64,000 nt of DNA, from IMG/VR virus record IMGVR_UViG_2905444465_000001, positions 25,723 through 89,722 of that record; one strand, written 5' to 3'. Of this stretch, positions 1 to 11,100 are shown piece by piece. The notes below the pieces were generated by a model. It made no database searches, was not told where the DNA came from, and was given only the letters and a program-made list of their open reading frames with translations. This DNA comes from a virus. Lineage: Duplodnaviria; Caudoviricetes. Position numbers and translations under genes: made by a program. Numbering within the stretch: position 1 is the first letter of the stretch; every line of letters begins with the position of its first letter.

Positions 1-40
1 AAATGGAGCCCTTGTTTTCACACAAAAACTCCATTCCTAG

Positions 41-370
41 TTACTTATTTGAATTTATAATTCCTTCGATGTCACGACCACCGTAAAATATTCGTGCTAC
101 TGTAACTGCCCTTTCCTCGTCATCAACCAGATAATACACGATAAAGTTGTCAACCGGAAGCTGATGCATTTTCATCGAATGCCAAGGTTCCCAGTCAACT
201 AACGCATGGCGAGCTGGCATGAAATCCAGTGAACGAACTTCTTTTCGGATACGGCCCAACTGAGCGGTAGCAGTTTCCGGAACGAGGAGTTCATTCGCAA
301 TATACAAATAAATTTCACGTAAATCATCAAGTGCATCTACAGAATAGCCGACCTTATAGCTATCCATCAT
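41..370 (-). CDS. RelE/ParE family toxin
   Basis: 109 aa, YKVGYSVDALDDLREIYLYIA ... VDNFIVYYLVDDEERAVTVARIFYGGRD fits the RelE/ParE pattern; overlaps the antitoxin stop codon. Confidence 0.85.
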   Translation of the reverse strand: MMDSYKVGYSVDALDDLREIYLYIANELLVPETATAQLGRIRKEVRSLDFMPARHALVDWEPWHSMKMHQLPVDNFIVYYLVDDEERAVTVARIFYGGRDIEGIINSNK

Positions 371-672
371 ATGCCAAACTCCTTTGCAAGTGCCGCATCG
401 ACTTCATCTGCAGAATATACCTTTCCTGCTTTGATGGAATCAACACCCTTCTGGAGTTCTGCATCAAGCTGTTCTCTGGTCATTGCGCCAACATCTAATG
501 GCTTAGAAGAAGGAAGTTTCAGTTCAAATGGCATCCCCTTTTTCAGTACAATCTGGCTATAAAGCATCTGAATTGCACTGGATGGAGAAATGCCAAGCTG
601 AGAAAGAATGCTCTCAGCATTATCCTTGAGATTGGTATCTATTCTTGCATAAACAGCGGATGTATTTGCCAT
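367..672 (-). CDS. RelB/DinJ family antitoxin
   Basis: VYARIDTNLKDNAESILSQLGISPSSAI...GMPFEL RHH motif; start taken at ATG 672 behind AAAGGAGG. Confidence 0.85.
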   Translation of the reverse strand: MANTSAVYARIDTNLKDNAESILSQLGISPSSAIQMLYSQIVLKKGMPFELKLPSSKPLDVGAMTREQLDAELQKGVDSIKAGKVYSADEVDAALAKEFGI

Positions 673-792
673 AGTATCGCCTCCTTTTTCTTTATTATAT
701 TCGCTTTTGCTTGCAATTGCAAGTATTTGCATAGATTATTTTATGACAAAACTTTGAATTTTATACGACCTTTACGGCAGAAAGGAATATTT

Positions 793-1725
793 ATGGGATT
801 CTTATCAGGACTGTTTCACTCAAGAGACAAGCCCACCAACAGCACCAATGGCAGTGCCTATCGCTTTCTCTTTGGTGGAAGCAACTCCGACAAAGCCGTC
901 AATGAAAGAAGCGCCATGCAGATGACTGCAGTTTATGCCTGCGTCAGGATTCTTTCTGAGGTTGACCAGTACATGGCTCCGGTTCATCACGAAGCGATTA
1001 TCAGTCATTCAGACTTCGACGCAGCGAATGCTCTGGTTAATCAACGAGCCGCAGAAAAAGGTATTGAAAAAGGCAGTGATAAATATCAGCAACGTTATGC
1101 CTTCTCCGGGAAAATAATCTGTGGAGAATGTGGCGACACCTTCAAGCGCAGGATACACTCTTGCACCACATACAAGTATGTCGCCTGGACCTGCAACACG
1201 CACTTGAAGAATAAGAAAGCGTGTCTTATGAAATATATAAGAGATGATGAGATAAAAGCTGCATTCATTACAATGCTAAACAAGCTCATTTATGGCTATC
1301 GCTTGATACTTACTCCTTATCTCAAAGTACTTGAAAACTCATCTGGCGACGAGGCCATTCAACGCATTCAGCACTTGGAGCAACTCATCGCTCAAAACAG
1401 TGAGCAGCGAGAAACATTAACCAAGCTGATGGCACAGGGCTATATCGACCAGATTCTCTATAATCAAGAAACAAATGCACTCCTCCTGCAGGCAGAGACA
1501 TATCGCTCTGACATTGAAGCAATTACCATCGGAATGACCGGCGACGCAGCCAAGGTTACGGAAACGAATCTTCTGCTACACTTTGTGTCCCATACTGATA
1601 TGCTTACAGCCTACAGCGAGGAGCTTTTTGAAAACTACACAGACCACATTGAAGTCATAAGCAGAAATGAAATCAGGTTTGTTATGAAATGCGCTCTGAC
1701 ATTCACAGAAAGGATTGGTGATTAG
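793..1725 (+). pseudogene. Chimera: phage portal protein N-terminus fused in frame to C-terminal half of a large serine recombinase
   Basis: MGFLSGLF...NERSAMQMTAVYACVRILSE (HK97-type portal start) to nt 960, then VDQYMAPVHHEAIIS...FSGKIICGECG (recombinase/zinc ribbon) with no catalytic YxRxS domain. Confidence 0.75.
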
Positions 1726-2141
1726 ATGGGCCATACACCATTTGGCTATAAAATAGAAAACGGTATCGCAGTTATCGATCAACCGGCTGCAGATAAGCTC
1801 AGACAACTCTATAAAAATTATCTGAGTGGTATGTCTTTATCAAAGGCTGCATCTGCTGCCGAAATTAAAACTTATCACGGCACCGCTAAACGATTGATGG
1901 AAAACGCCCATTATCTTGGAGACAGTTTCTATCCTGCCATTATCGATGAAGATACCTATCAAAAAGCACAAGAAGAACGCAAACGTCGAGCCACAGCACT
2001 CGGACGAAATAATAAGCAAACACAAATGAGGAAGCTACAGATACCTACCCATTTCCATATGGGTGAGGTTGCTGCCCTTTATGACAATCCCGTCAAGCAG
2101 GCAGAATATCTGTACAGCCTCATAGAAAGCGAGAGTAAATA

Positions 2142-2142
<1 letters not shown>
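1726..2142 (+). CDS. Recombinase DNA-binding-domain protein (middle gene of serine recombinase triad)
   Basis: [11 protein letters not shown]...[12 protein letters not shown] motifs; coupled to both neighbours. Confidence 0.75.
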
Positions 2143-3710
<1,568 letters not shown>

Positions 3711-3727
3711 GCCCCATAGACGCACGA

Positions 3728-3765
3728 AACCCTCCTGACCGTGATGGTCGGGAGGGTTATTTTTT
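3728..3765. terminator. Probable bidirectional intrinsic terminator
   Basis: AACCCTCCTGACC-GTGAT-GGTCGGGAGGGTT hairpin followed by ATTTTTT between convergent genes. Confidence 0.8.
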
Positions 3766-4564
3766 ATTTACTCCAAGGTAAAAATTCCGAAATAAAATCT
3801 GGTATCTGATTAACATTAAGTATCCATGAAACCACTATTATTATGGCAATAATCAAGCATGCAATATTCAGTGCTTTGACATTGAATAGTCTTGCGTTTT
3901 TTTCGTTTATAGTAAAAATGAATTTAACCAAAATATAAATCACATTAATAAGAACAAACGCCAAAAAGTCAACAACCAGCAACAATCGAAAAACACTAAC
4001 CGCAGAAATATTCTGTAAAACAGATGTTGAGAATGTAATTCCCCCAACAAAAGCAAGAACAATAGAAGCGAAAATACCAAGTATGGAGATGTATTCTTTT
4101 TCAACGCCTTTTATCTGTTTTTGCAAGTTTTCTTTCGCTTCTTCTATGCTATCTGCAAAAATGTTATTGACATTTTCAATCTGATGTAACGCTAGTTGAA
4201 AATGATCATAGATTTTTACAATCATTTTTTTACAGTCTTCATCTACCGAATTATCATCATCAAGAGAATATAACAATAGTTTTTCTAAATTTGTAGCAAA
4301 AACTCCTCGTTGAGACATTTCTAACGAATAAACATAATTGCTGATTTCCGAATAAAGAATCCTGTCCAACTTATTTGTTGATGTTATATATGATGCGATA
4401 TTCTCAACCGTTTTCTGCGGATCATACTTCTGAGTATTCATGGATAATGCTTTGCAAATTCCATTGATTTTTCTTTTAGTGTTATTAAATTTTTTCGATT
4501 GCTCTAATGACATTGTTGTATTGTCAGTCGTCCGGAGCAATACATCTAAATTGTCATCAGCCAT
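3764..4564 (-). CDS. Hypothetical membrane protein (helical N-terminus, about 3 C-terminal TM segments); candidate Panacea-associated toxin
   Basis: 266 aa, hydrophobic stretches ISILGIFASIVLAFVGGITF, LLLVVDFLAFVLINVIYILV, IACLIIAIIIVVSWIL; start overlaps the DUF4065 gene stop. Confidence 0.7.
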   Translation of the reverse strand: MADDNLDVLLRTTDNTTMSLEQSKKFNNTKRKINGICKALSMNTQKYDPQKTVENIASYITSTNKLDRILYSEISNYVYSLEMSQRGVFATNLEKLLLYSLDDDNSVDEDCKKMIVKIYDHFQLALHQIENVNNIFADSIEEAKENLQKQIKGVEKEYISILGIFASIVLAFVGGITFSTSVLQNISAVSVFRLLLVVDFLAFVLINVIYILVKFIFTINEKNARLFNVKALNIACLIIAIIIVVSWILNVNQIPDFISEFLPWSK

Positions 4565-5045
4565 TAAAATACTCCCTTATTGCATTAATTGTAATCTCGT
4601 TATTTTGATATGGAACATAAGCATCAATCCATGGTGACTGTCTATGGGTTAATGATACAAGATCTGTTGCTGAATAATCTGCAAATTTGTCTACAACTTT
4701 TTCTATAAGAGCTTTGTCTTCATCTGTAATCGTAGTGTCCTCAAACTCAACCCTTTTAGCATTCCATATATCATTTTCATCAAACATAATGTATGATTCT
4801 ATTGTAGGTATATCTCCACTTCCGTACTGCTTATATTCATGGTAAGCTTCTGGAACAACAGGTCCAAAATCCCATGCTTCTATCTTCTCATCAAAACAAG
4901 GAGTATGGTCTTTCTTTTTTGTTAAAAAATAAGCTTGGATAAAATAAAGCACTTTCTGAAGTTTTAAATTTGAAATTCCATAGTCATGTTCATTGCTATA
5001 ATTAATTACATGACGACACACATCTAAAACCTTATAGCTCATCAT
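4557..5045 (-). CDS. Panacea (DUF4065/SocA-like) antitoxin
   Basis: ISNLKLQKVLYFIQA, IEAWDFGPVVPEAY, LVSLTHRQSPW motifs typical of DUF4065. Confidence 0.9.
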   Translation of the reverse strand: MMSYKVLDVCRHVINYSNEHDYGISNLKLQKVLYFIQAYFLTKKKDHTPCFDEKIEAWDFGPVVPEAYHEYKQYGSGDIPTIESYIMFDENDIWNAKRVEFEDTTITDEDKALIEKVVDKFADYSATDLVSLTHRQSPWIDAYVPYQNNEITINAIREYFNG

Positions 5046-5381
5046 CTCGACCTCCTTCCTCTGTAAATGTATATTATATCACAATCGCTAAGTTTTTGGT
5101 GAACTTTTTGATTTTTTTTCTGTCATCTATCCCACTGCCAAGTCTGCCCCTTAGTATCGAGTGGCTTAAACTGCGGTCGGCTCTGACAACAATCCTGGTG
5201 CCACAACCGCTGACATCTAATCCACAGCCTAAACCCTACCGCTATTCTCCGTCTACTCAACTTCTCTCCAATCAGACTGTAAAGTAGATATGTTTCCATA
5301 CAAGAAAACCGAGCTTTTCGCAAGGTTCCTCTGATGATGCTCACCTCGCAAAAAGCCCGGAAATACGCCACTTTTTGGTTC

Positions 5382-7058
5382 TTATTTATCTTTTCTTGAC
5401 AGCAAACATACCGTCTCAACGGTATTACCTTTTTCCCACAAAAGCCGCCTTACCTCTTGACCATCCCGATATATTGGGAAATTAAACTCTATCGACTTCA
5501 AAGGCTGCTCTGACTCCCCGTTTGGATATATCTGAATTTCTTTTATGAGATAAGTAATAAGGCTTTTCTTTTCCTCGTCACTTATTATATCATAGAGCTT
5601 TCCGAAATTCAGCATAAGCTTGTAAATATTGTCCAGAGTGATTGTTTCCATTTCGATAGAACTTTTTCTCAGCTTTGCATCTTCAATCCGTTCTTCCAAC
5701 TCTACAATCGTATCATACAAGGCATCAAGTCTTAAAGTCATATCGTGAATTTTTCTTTCTCTGAAGCGGGTATCAACAGGCAGATTATCAATTTCTCTCT
5801 CCAGACGTGCTTTGTTCAAATCAACTTCTTTCAGTTTACTCTCGTAATTGGCAAGTTCCTTATCAATAGCTGTTGTATCGGTCTGTACGCCAATACGCTT
5901 TTCAATCTCTTTTGCAAAATACTTATCGCTTACCAATTCCTTAACAGCTTCAATTACAAGTGGCTCAATATCTGTTTTTCTCAGAGATGCCTTATAGTCA
6001 CAATGATGTCCTCGTTCCTGCTTATTTCTGCCGCAAATATAATAGTAAACCTCTTTGTATGTGCCATCTTTATTTGTCCAAGCGTGTTTGTTCGTATACA
6101 TTGAACTTCCACAAAGGGGACACTTTAATATCCCCGTCAAAAGGTGTGACCTATCCTTACCGATTTTGGATGGCTGTTTAATTCCTGTTGCCATACGCTT
6201 TGCGTGAACCTTTTGCCACAATTCCTCGCTGATAATTCCTTCATGTTGTCCATCTTCCAGAATGTAATCCTCTGCATGAACCTGCTTATATTCATTTTTT
6301 GTACCTTTTACCTTTTCTCGTGTTCTTCTGCCATAAGCAATCTTTCCACAATAAACAGGATTGTCTAATATCAACCGTATAAAATGACTGCTCCAAGTTT
6401 CCAATGTGCCGTTCTGACGAGGTATCTTCTTTATACCTTGAAGATTAAGATATTTTGCTACTCCGCCAAGTCCTATATCAGAATTAGCAAATTTATCAAA
6501 TATAATTCTGATTGCTTCAGCTTCCGTTTCTTCTATCAAGAGCTGATTGTCTTTCAGATAATATCCGTATGGTGCAAATCCACCATTCCACCCACCTTGT
6601 CGTGCTTTTTCTCTCCGTCCATTCATTGTCTGTTCAATGATATTTTCTCTTTCTATTTCTGCAACCGCAGACAAAACAGAGATTAAAAGTTTTCCACTTG
6701 TCTGTGACGAGTCAATTCCTTCTTCAATACAAATAAGATTTATTCCATAAGATTGTACAAACTCTAATGAATTTAGAATATCCGCTGCATTTCTTCCGAA
6801 ACGGGAAAGTTTATAAACCAGAATATAGTCTATCTCCAATCCGTTTTTTATATCGGAAAGCATTTTCTTAAATGCAGGTCGTCCTTCAATAGATTTTCCT
6901 GATTTACCTGCATCCTCATAGATACCGACAATTTCCATTTCTTCTCGGTCAGCAAATCGTTTTAATCCGTTTTTTTGTCCTTCAAGGCTATATCCGTCTA
7001 CCTGCATTTCGGTACTTACTCTCGGATACAGGACACATTTCTTTCCTTCTCTGTTCAT
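5382..7058 (-). CDS. Large serine integrase of the ICE (ORF runs through the att site)
   Basis: LYPRVST catalytic motif, YKLSRFGRN, LKCPLCG zinc ribbon; last residues ETVCLLSRKDK span the att core. Confidence 0.95.
   Translation of the reverse strand: MNREGKKCVLYPRVSTEMQVDGYSLEGQKNGLKRFADREEMEIVGIYEDAGKSGKSIEGRPAFKKMLSDIKNGLEIDYILVYKLSRFGRNAADILNSLEFVQSYGINLICIEEGIDSSQTSGKLLISVLSAVAEIERENIIEQTMNGRREKARQGGWNGGFAPYGYYLKDNQLLIEETEAEAIRIIFDKFANSDIGLGGVAKYLNLQGIKKIPRQNGTLETWSSHFIRLILDNPVYCGKIAYGRRTREKVKGTKNEYKQVHAEDYILEDGQHEGIISEELWQKVHAKRMATGIKQPSKIGKDRSHLLTGILKCPLCGSSMYTNKHAWTNKDGTYKEVYYYICGRNKQERGHHCDYKASLRKTDIEPLVIEAVKELVSDKYFAKEIEKRIGVQTDTTAIDKELANYESKLKEVDLNKARLEREIDNLPVDTRFRERKIHDMTLRLDALYDTIVELEERIEDAKLRKSSIEMETITLDNIYKLMLNFGKLYDIISDEEKKSLITYLIKEIQIYPNGESEQPLKSIEFNFPIYRDGQEVRRLLWEKGNTVETVCLLSRKDK
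5409..5446. repeat. ICE att site (integrase end): 9-bp core plus inner arm
   Basis: TACCGTCTC at 5409-5417 identical to 63953-63961; arm TTTCCCACAAAAGCC is inverted relative to 63930-63945; symmetry centres on TC (GA on minus) at 5416-5417. Confidence 0.85.
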
Positions 7059-7110
7059 CGTACCACCTCCATAATTTTATAGGGAAATGTGATATGTAAG
7101 GCTGCGTAAC

Positions 7111-7263
7111 TTACGCAGCACAATCCAATTCTTGCAAAACTGTCTTTCCGTATTTTTCAACTATCTGCACCATAACATTGATAAATGAATTAAATACTTC
7201 GTTTTCATCTTTCATCTGTTCATTTTGCAATTCTGGATTTTGGATATAGTTTTCATTTCCCAT
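7111..7263 (-). CDS. 50-aa hypothetical protein upstream of integrase (candidate directionality factor)
   Basis: Manually translated MGNENYIQNPELQNEQMKDENEVFNSFINVMVQIVEKYGKTVLQELDCAA, GGAGG RBS upstream; function inferred from position only. Confidence 0.6.
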   Translation of the reverse strand: MGNENYIQNPELQNEQMKDENEVFNSFINVMVQIVEKYGKTVLQELDCAA

Positions 7264-7360
7264 AATGAGTACCTCCGCTATAAAACAAGCGGCTGTACTC
7301 TAAATTATAGAAATACAGCCGCATTTTTACCAATGTGCAAATTTATCGTTCTCGTCCCTT

Positions 7361-7732
7361 TTACACATCTGTTGCCTTCATTTTCTCCAATGCAACACTA
7401 ATGGCAAGAGCCTTATCAACCCTTGCCACTATATCGTCTGGTATCATTCCCAAATACTGCCTTAGTCGCTGCTTATCAATCGTTCTTACCTGTTCAAGCA
7501 AAATGATTGAGTTCTTATCCAAACCTTCAAAATCATTGATTAAAGTGTGCGTCGGCAATTTTGCTTTGGTGTGTATTCGGCTTGTGATGGGTGCGACAAT
7601 GACCGTAGGACTGTGCTTATTACCGACATCGTTTGAAATGATAAGTACAGGTCTTGTTCCGCCTTGCTCCGAGCCGATAACGGGATTTAAGTTTGCGTAG
7701 TAAATATCTCCACGCTTGAATTTTCTTTCCAT
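7361..7732 (-). CDS. PemK/MazF (EndoA-like) endoribonuclease, no adjacent antitoxin gene
   Basis: [46 protein letters not shown]...[14 protein letters not shown]. Confidence 0.9.
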   Translation of the reverse strand: MERKFKRGDIYYANLNPVIGSEQGGTRPVLIISNDVGNKHSPTVIVAPITSRIHTKAKLPTHTLINDFEGLDKNSIILLEQVRTIDKQRLRQYLGMIPDDIVARVDKALAISVALEKMKATDV

Positions 7733-8317
7733 TATGTTTGACCTCCCAATTTTATTTAGGCAGGTATGTTCTGCCTATGTAGGCAGCCAAACGTAAGGAA
7801 GTATTTAAGGTCGGGAGAATATAAACAAAATCTCTGTTCTTATGACCGCCTTTCGTTTGGCTGATATGATAGGAGCATTTCAATTTGTCCTCGACACCCC
7901 GAAATGCTATGGGAAGTCGCCAAATGGTCAGCAGCGAACTGACACCACGGGAGTTCCACCCCAACTGTCGTTCTGACAGAGCCGCCCTCATTGCCTGCGA
8001 CGGTTTTTTCACGCTCGGGCTGTGACTGGACGGGAGTATCATTATCCTCTTTGTGGGTTATGGCGAAATCGGGAGCTGCCCGATATTTTGAGTCGGTAAA
8101 GATAGGCTCACCACCTTTCAATCGCTCGCTGCCGCTTGGCAGGTCGTGGCGTACCGCTGCACACGCTTATGCTCATCACAATCACAAAGAGAAAGTATTT
8201 GGCGAATGGGTATTCATTTGTCAAGGAGCAATCCCGTTTTCGCCACACAAAGGAAAACAGGGCAAGAGTTTTTTGTCCTCTCACCCTGTAGCCCGTGGGA
8301 ATATTCAATTTTCCCCT

Positions 8318-8746
8318 CTACTCAAAAAACTTTTTTAATTTTTCTTTGAGCCTATCCATTCTTCTGTAAACAGCTTTTTCAGTAATATCCAGATACACCG
8401 CAATTTCACGGGTTGAATATCCTTGTATCTTCATCAAAGCAATCTGCAATGTAAGCCTGTCCACCTTAATCAAAACTTGATAGAGGTGCTGATTTTCGAT
8501 GCTGTCCAGAAAATCCTCAACCGTTTTGACTTCGGGCTGTGTAGTATCTTCAGCAAGCTCGTCAAGATATGTACCTGTTTCCTGCACTCGCTGATAATAC
8601 CGTCTGTCTGAATTAAAAATCGCCCAATCGTGAATACGGAGCTGTTCTATATCGTCCTCAGTAACGCCTAAGTTCCGCAACTGCTTTTCCTCGGCTTCTT
8701 TCCAGAGCCGCCATTTCTTTTCTTCTTTGGCTTTGTTGTATGCCAT
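8318..8746 (-). CDS. Sigma-70 region 4-like HTH regulator
   Basis: MAYNKAKEEKKWRLWKEAEE ... GYSTREIAVYLDITEKAVYRRMDRLKEKL; start at ATG 8746 behind GGAGG; homolog of 36518-36943. Confidence 0.8.
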   Translation of the reverse strand: MAYNKAKEEKKWRLWKEAEEKQLRNLGVTEDDIEQLRIHDWAIFNSDRRYYQRVQETGTYLDELAEDTTQPEVKTVEDFLDSIENQHLYQVLIKVDRLTLQIALMKIQGYSTREIAVYLDITEKAVYRRMDRLKEKLKKFFE

Positions 8747-9151
8747 ATCGTTTCCTCCAATCTGAATTTTTGAAAAATCCAGATTGGCAGGCGGTGAACG
8801 GCAACCGACAGAAAAGCAAAAAGCCGCAAAGGTACTAAGACCTCTACGGCAATAAGCGTAAGCATATCTATAATTAAGAGATGTAATCTCTACTTGTAAA
8901 ATGTAAGAGTGCCACGAGTGAGTGATGATTTTTTCTAAAAGATAATCTTCACTCCACTGTGACACTCCGTAAATAGTAGCTGCTTCTGATGAGCAGCATT
9001 GCGGTCATATTCGACCATCGCATAAAAAAATTCCTCCAAACTCGAAAACGGGTTCGGAGGGAAGTTGAATTTTCGTCTGGGCGTGTTTATACTGCCCACC
9101 AAAGCACCGTTTTTTTTATTTGGTGGGCTTGCTTCATATTGATTTTAAAGC

Positions 9152-10228
9152 TTATCTTACTTGATGTTTTGAAAATGCCTTATGGGAAATGATTGAACCT
9201 ATTACTACTAAAGCAATCGCAACAGGAATAGACCATACTGCATAAAGCATACCATTGTGCATTTGTTCAACAGACATTATGGAAATATACTGTGAATAGA
9301 AAAGGGGCATCAGCACAATAATTCGATATAATGCACTTGTTTCAGAGATAGGAAGCATTATCGGTATCACATGAATAGCTGCTGAAATTACAAACGCTAT
9401 CATTTGACTTTTACAAACAGCAGACAGAATTAAAACTATTCCTGTTACACTGATTGCACTCATAAACGCCAACAGGATTTGATACTTTAATACTGTTCCG
9501 CAAGTAATATTAAACGGAATATACCCTTCTAAAAAATCTATTGGAGCAAAAAGGATAGAGCAGTCCAGCCCCTCTGTTCCATAAATAGCAACCGCAATAA
9601 GCAAATTGAAAATAACAACCAAAGTCGTTATGAAAACGGCTGAAAGTAAACTTGCTAATACTTTTGCTGTGGCACATTTTGTCTTTCCGTATTTACTTGT
9701 CAAAATAATGTTATCCACTCCACCATACTCGCCAGAGAAAACAGGAGCAATTAGCAAAATAATTACTAATGAAAGGACAATAAAAATCTTCGCCATATTT
9801 TGGCTTGTACTAAGCCAACCGTTTACATACCCAACTTTTATTTCTTTATCGCCAAATACATCTGCTACGCTTAACCCGTTCCAATTTCCATCTATATCAG
9901 CAAAATGGGAGAATACAGAAGACTGCAAAGCATTTTGATAAATGTATTTTGCGTTCATTCCATGTAAATCTTGAGTAGGCTTAAACTCAGACATCATCTG
10001 CTGTACTTTATTGTCAGTTAACTTTCCCTCATACTTCAATGCAATTTGCTTATCAATTTCTACCGCAGCTTTTCCAGTTTCCTCTGCACCGTTTCCGTCA
10101 AATGCGTACATACTGTGAAGCGTGGAAAAAGACAGTATCAAGGACAATAGTAATACGGCAGCAACAGAAATAACCGCAAAGCGTTTTGTCAATATTTTTC
10201 GTAATTCAAACTTGATTAGATTTTTCAT
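9152..10228 (-). CDS. ABC transporter permease
   Basis: MKNLIKFELRKI start, multiple TM segments, FSGEY...ILTSKYGK motif; coupled to the ATPase gene. Confidence 0.85.
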   Translation of the reverse strand: MKNLIKFELRKILTKRFAVISVAAVLLLSLILSFSTLHSMYAFDGNGAEETGKAAVEIDKQIALKYEGKLTDNKVQQMMSEFKPTQDLHGMNAKYIYQNALQSSVFSHFADIDGNWNGLSVADVFGDKEIKVGYVNGWLSTSQNMAKIFIVLSLVIILLIAPVFSGEYGGVDNIILTSKYGKTKCATAKVLASLLSAVFITTLVVIFNLLIAVAIYGTEGLDCSILFAPIDFLEGYIPFNITCGTVLKYQILLAFMSAISVTGIVLILSAVCKSQMIAFVISAAIHVIPIMLPISETSALYRIIVLMPLFYSQYISIMSVEQMHNGMLYAVWSIPVAIALVVIGSIISHKAFSKHQVR

Positions 10229-11100
10229 TATTCGTTCACTCCTTTAAAATAGAATAGATACAAATCCTCTAATGTAGGTTCTACCTTTATCGCATTTTCC
10301 ATAGGCGACTGTTCAGAAATCACACGCAGAACCGTACAATTATTTTCAATGTTTCGCAAATTGCTTATATTCAGAGTTTCAGAATATTGCTCCGCACGAC
10401 TGGTCGGAACTGTACATTCCCATACCTGTCCGTCAATTTCTGTGGTAATTTCCTGCGTTTTTCCAAAATGGAGAATCTGACCGTCTTTCATCATAATAAT
10501 GTCCTCAGCAATAAACTCGACATCAGAAACAATGTGCGTAGAGAGAATAACTATTCTATCTTTAGAAAATGCACTAATCAGATTACGAAAACGGACACGC
10601 TCTTTTGGGTCAAGACCTGCTGTCGGCTCATCTAAAATTAAGATGCGTGGATTATTCAACATCGCCTGTGCAATACCTAAACGTTGTTTCATACCACCAG
10701 AGAAAGTTTTGATTTTGAGGTTCCTTTTCTCTGCTAAATCAACAGCTTCCAACAATTCTGTTGCTTTCTTATGAGCTTGTTTTTCACTCAGTCCTTTTAA
10801 TGCCGCAACATACATAAGGAAATCCCAAGCTGTAAAGTCTGGATAATATCCAAACTGTTGCGGTAAATATCCCAATAAATTACGGTACTTCTCTCCGAGT
10901 ACAGATATGTTTTTCCCATCCAAAGTAATTTTCCCAGAGGTCGGTGTCTGAATATCGCAGAGTAACCGCATAAGGGTAGTTTTTCCCGCACCATTTGCAC
11001 CAAGCAAACCGTAAACGCCATTTGATAATGAGAGGTTCAAATGGTTTACGGCTGTTTTTGAGCCATATTGCTTTGTTAGTTGAATTGCTTTAAGTTCCAT
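10228..11100 (-). CDS. ABC transporter ATP-binding protein
   Basis: Walker A GANGAGKTT, signature FSGGMKQR, Walker B ILILDEPT. Confidence 0.95.
   Translation of the reverse strand: MELKAIQLTKQYGSKTAVNHLNLSLSNGVYGLLGANGAGKTTLMRLLCDIQTPTSGKITLDGKNISVLGEKYRNLLGYLPQQFGYYPDFTAWDFLMYVAALKGLSEKQAHKKATELLEAVDLAEKRNLKIKTFSGGMKQRLGIAQAMLNNPRILILDEPTAGLDPKERVRFRNLISAFSKDRIVILSTHIVSDVEFIAEDIIMMKDGQILHFGKTQEITTEIDGQVWECTVPTSRAEQYSETLNISNLRNIENNCTVLRVISEQSPMENAIKVEPTLEDLYLFYFKGVNE

Noticed and set aside
5096-5419. ORFs 5096-5287 (+) and 5123-5419 (-)
   Set aside because: No RBS or motifs; the minus one is an alternative frame across the att site
7752-8349. Overlapping short ORFs as a MazE-type antitoxin
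   Set aside because: No AbrB or RHH signature and several incompatible frames; treated as probably non-coding
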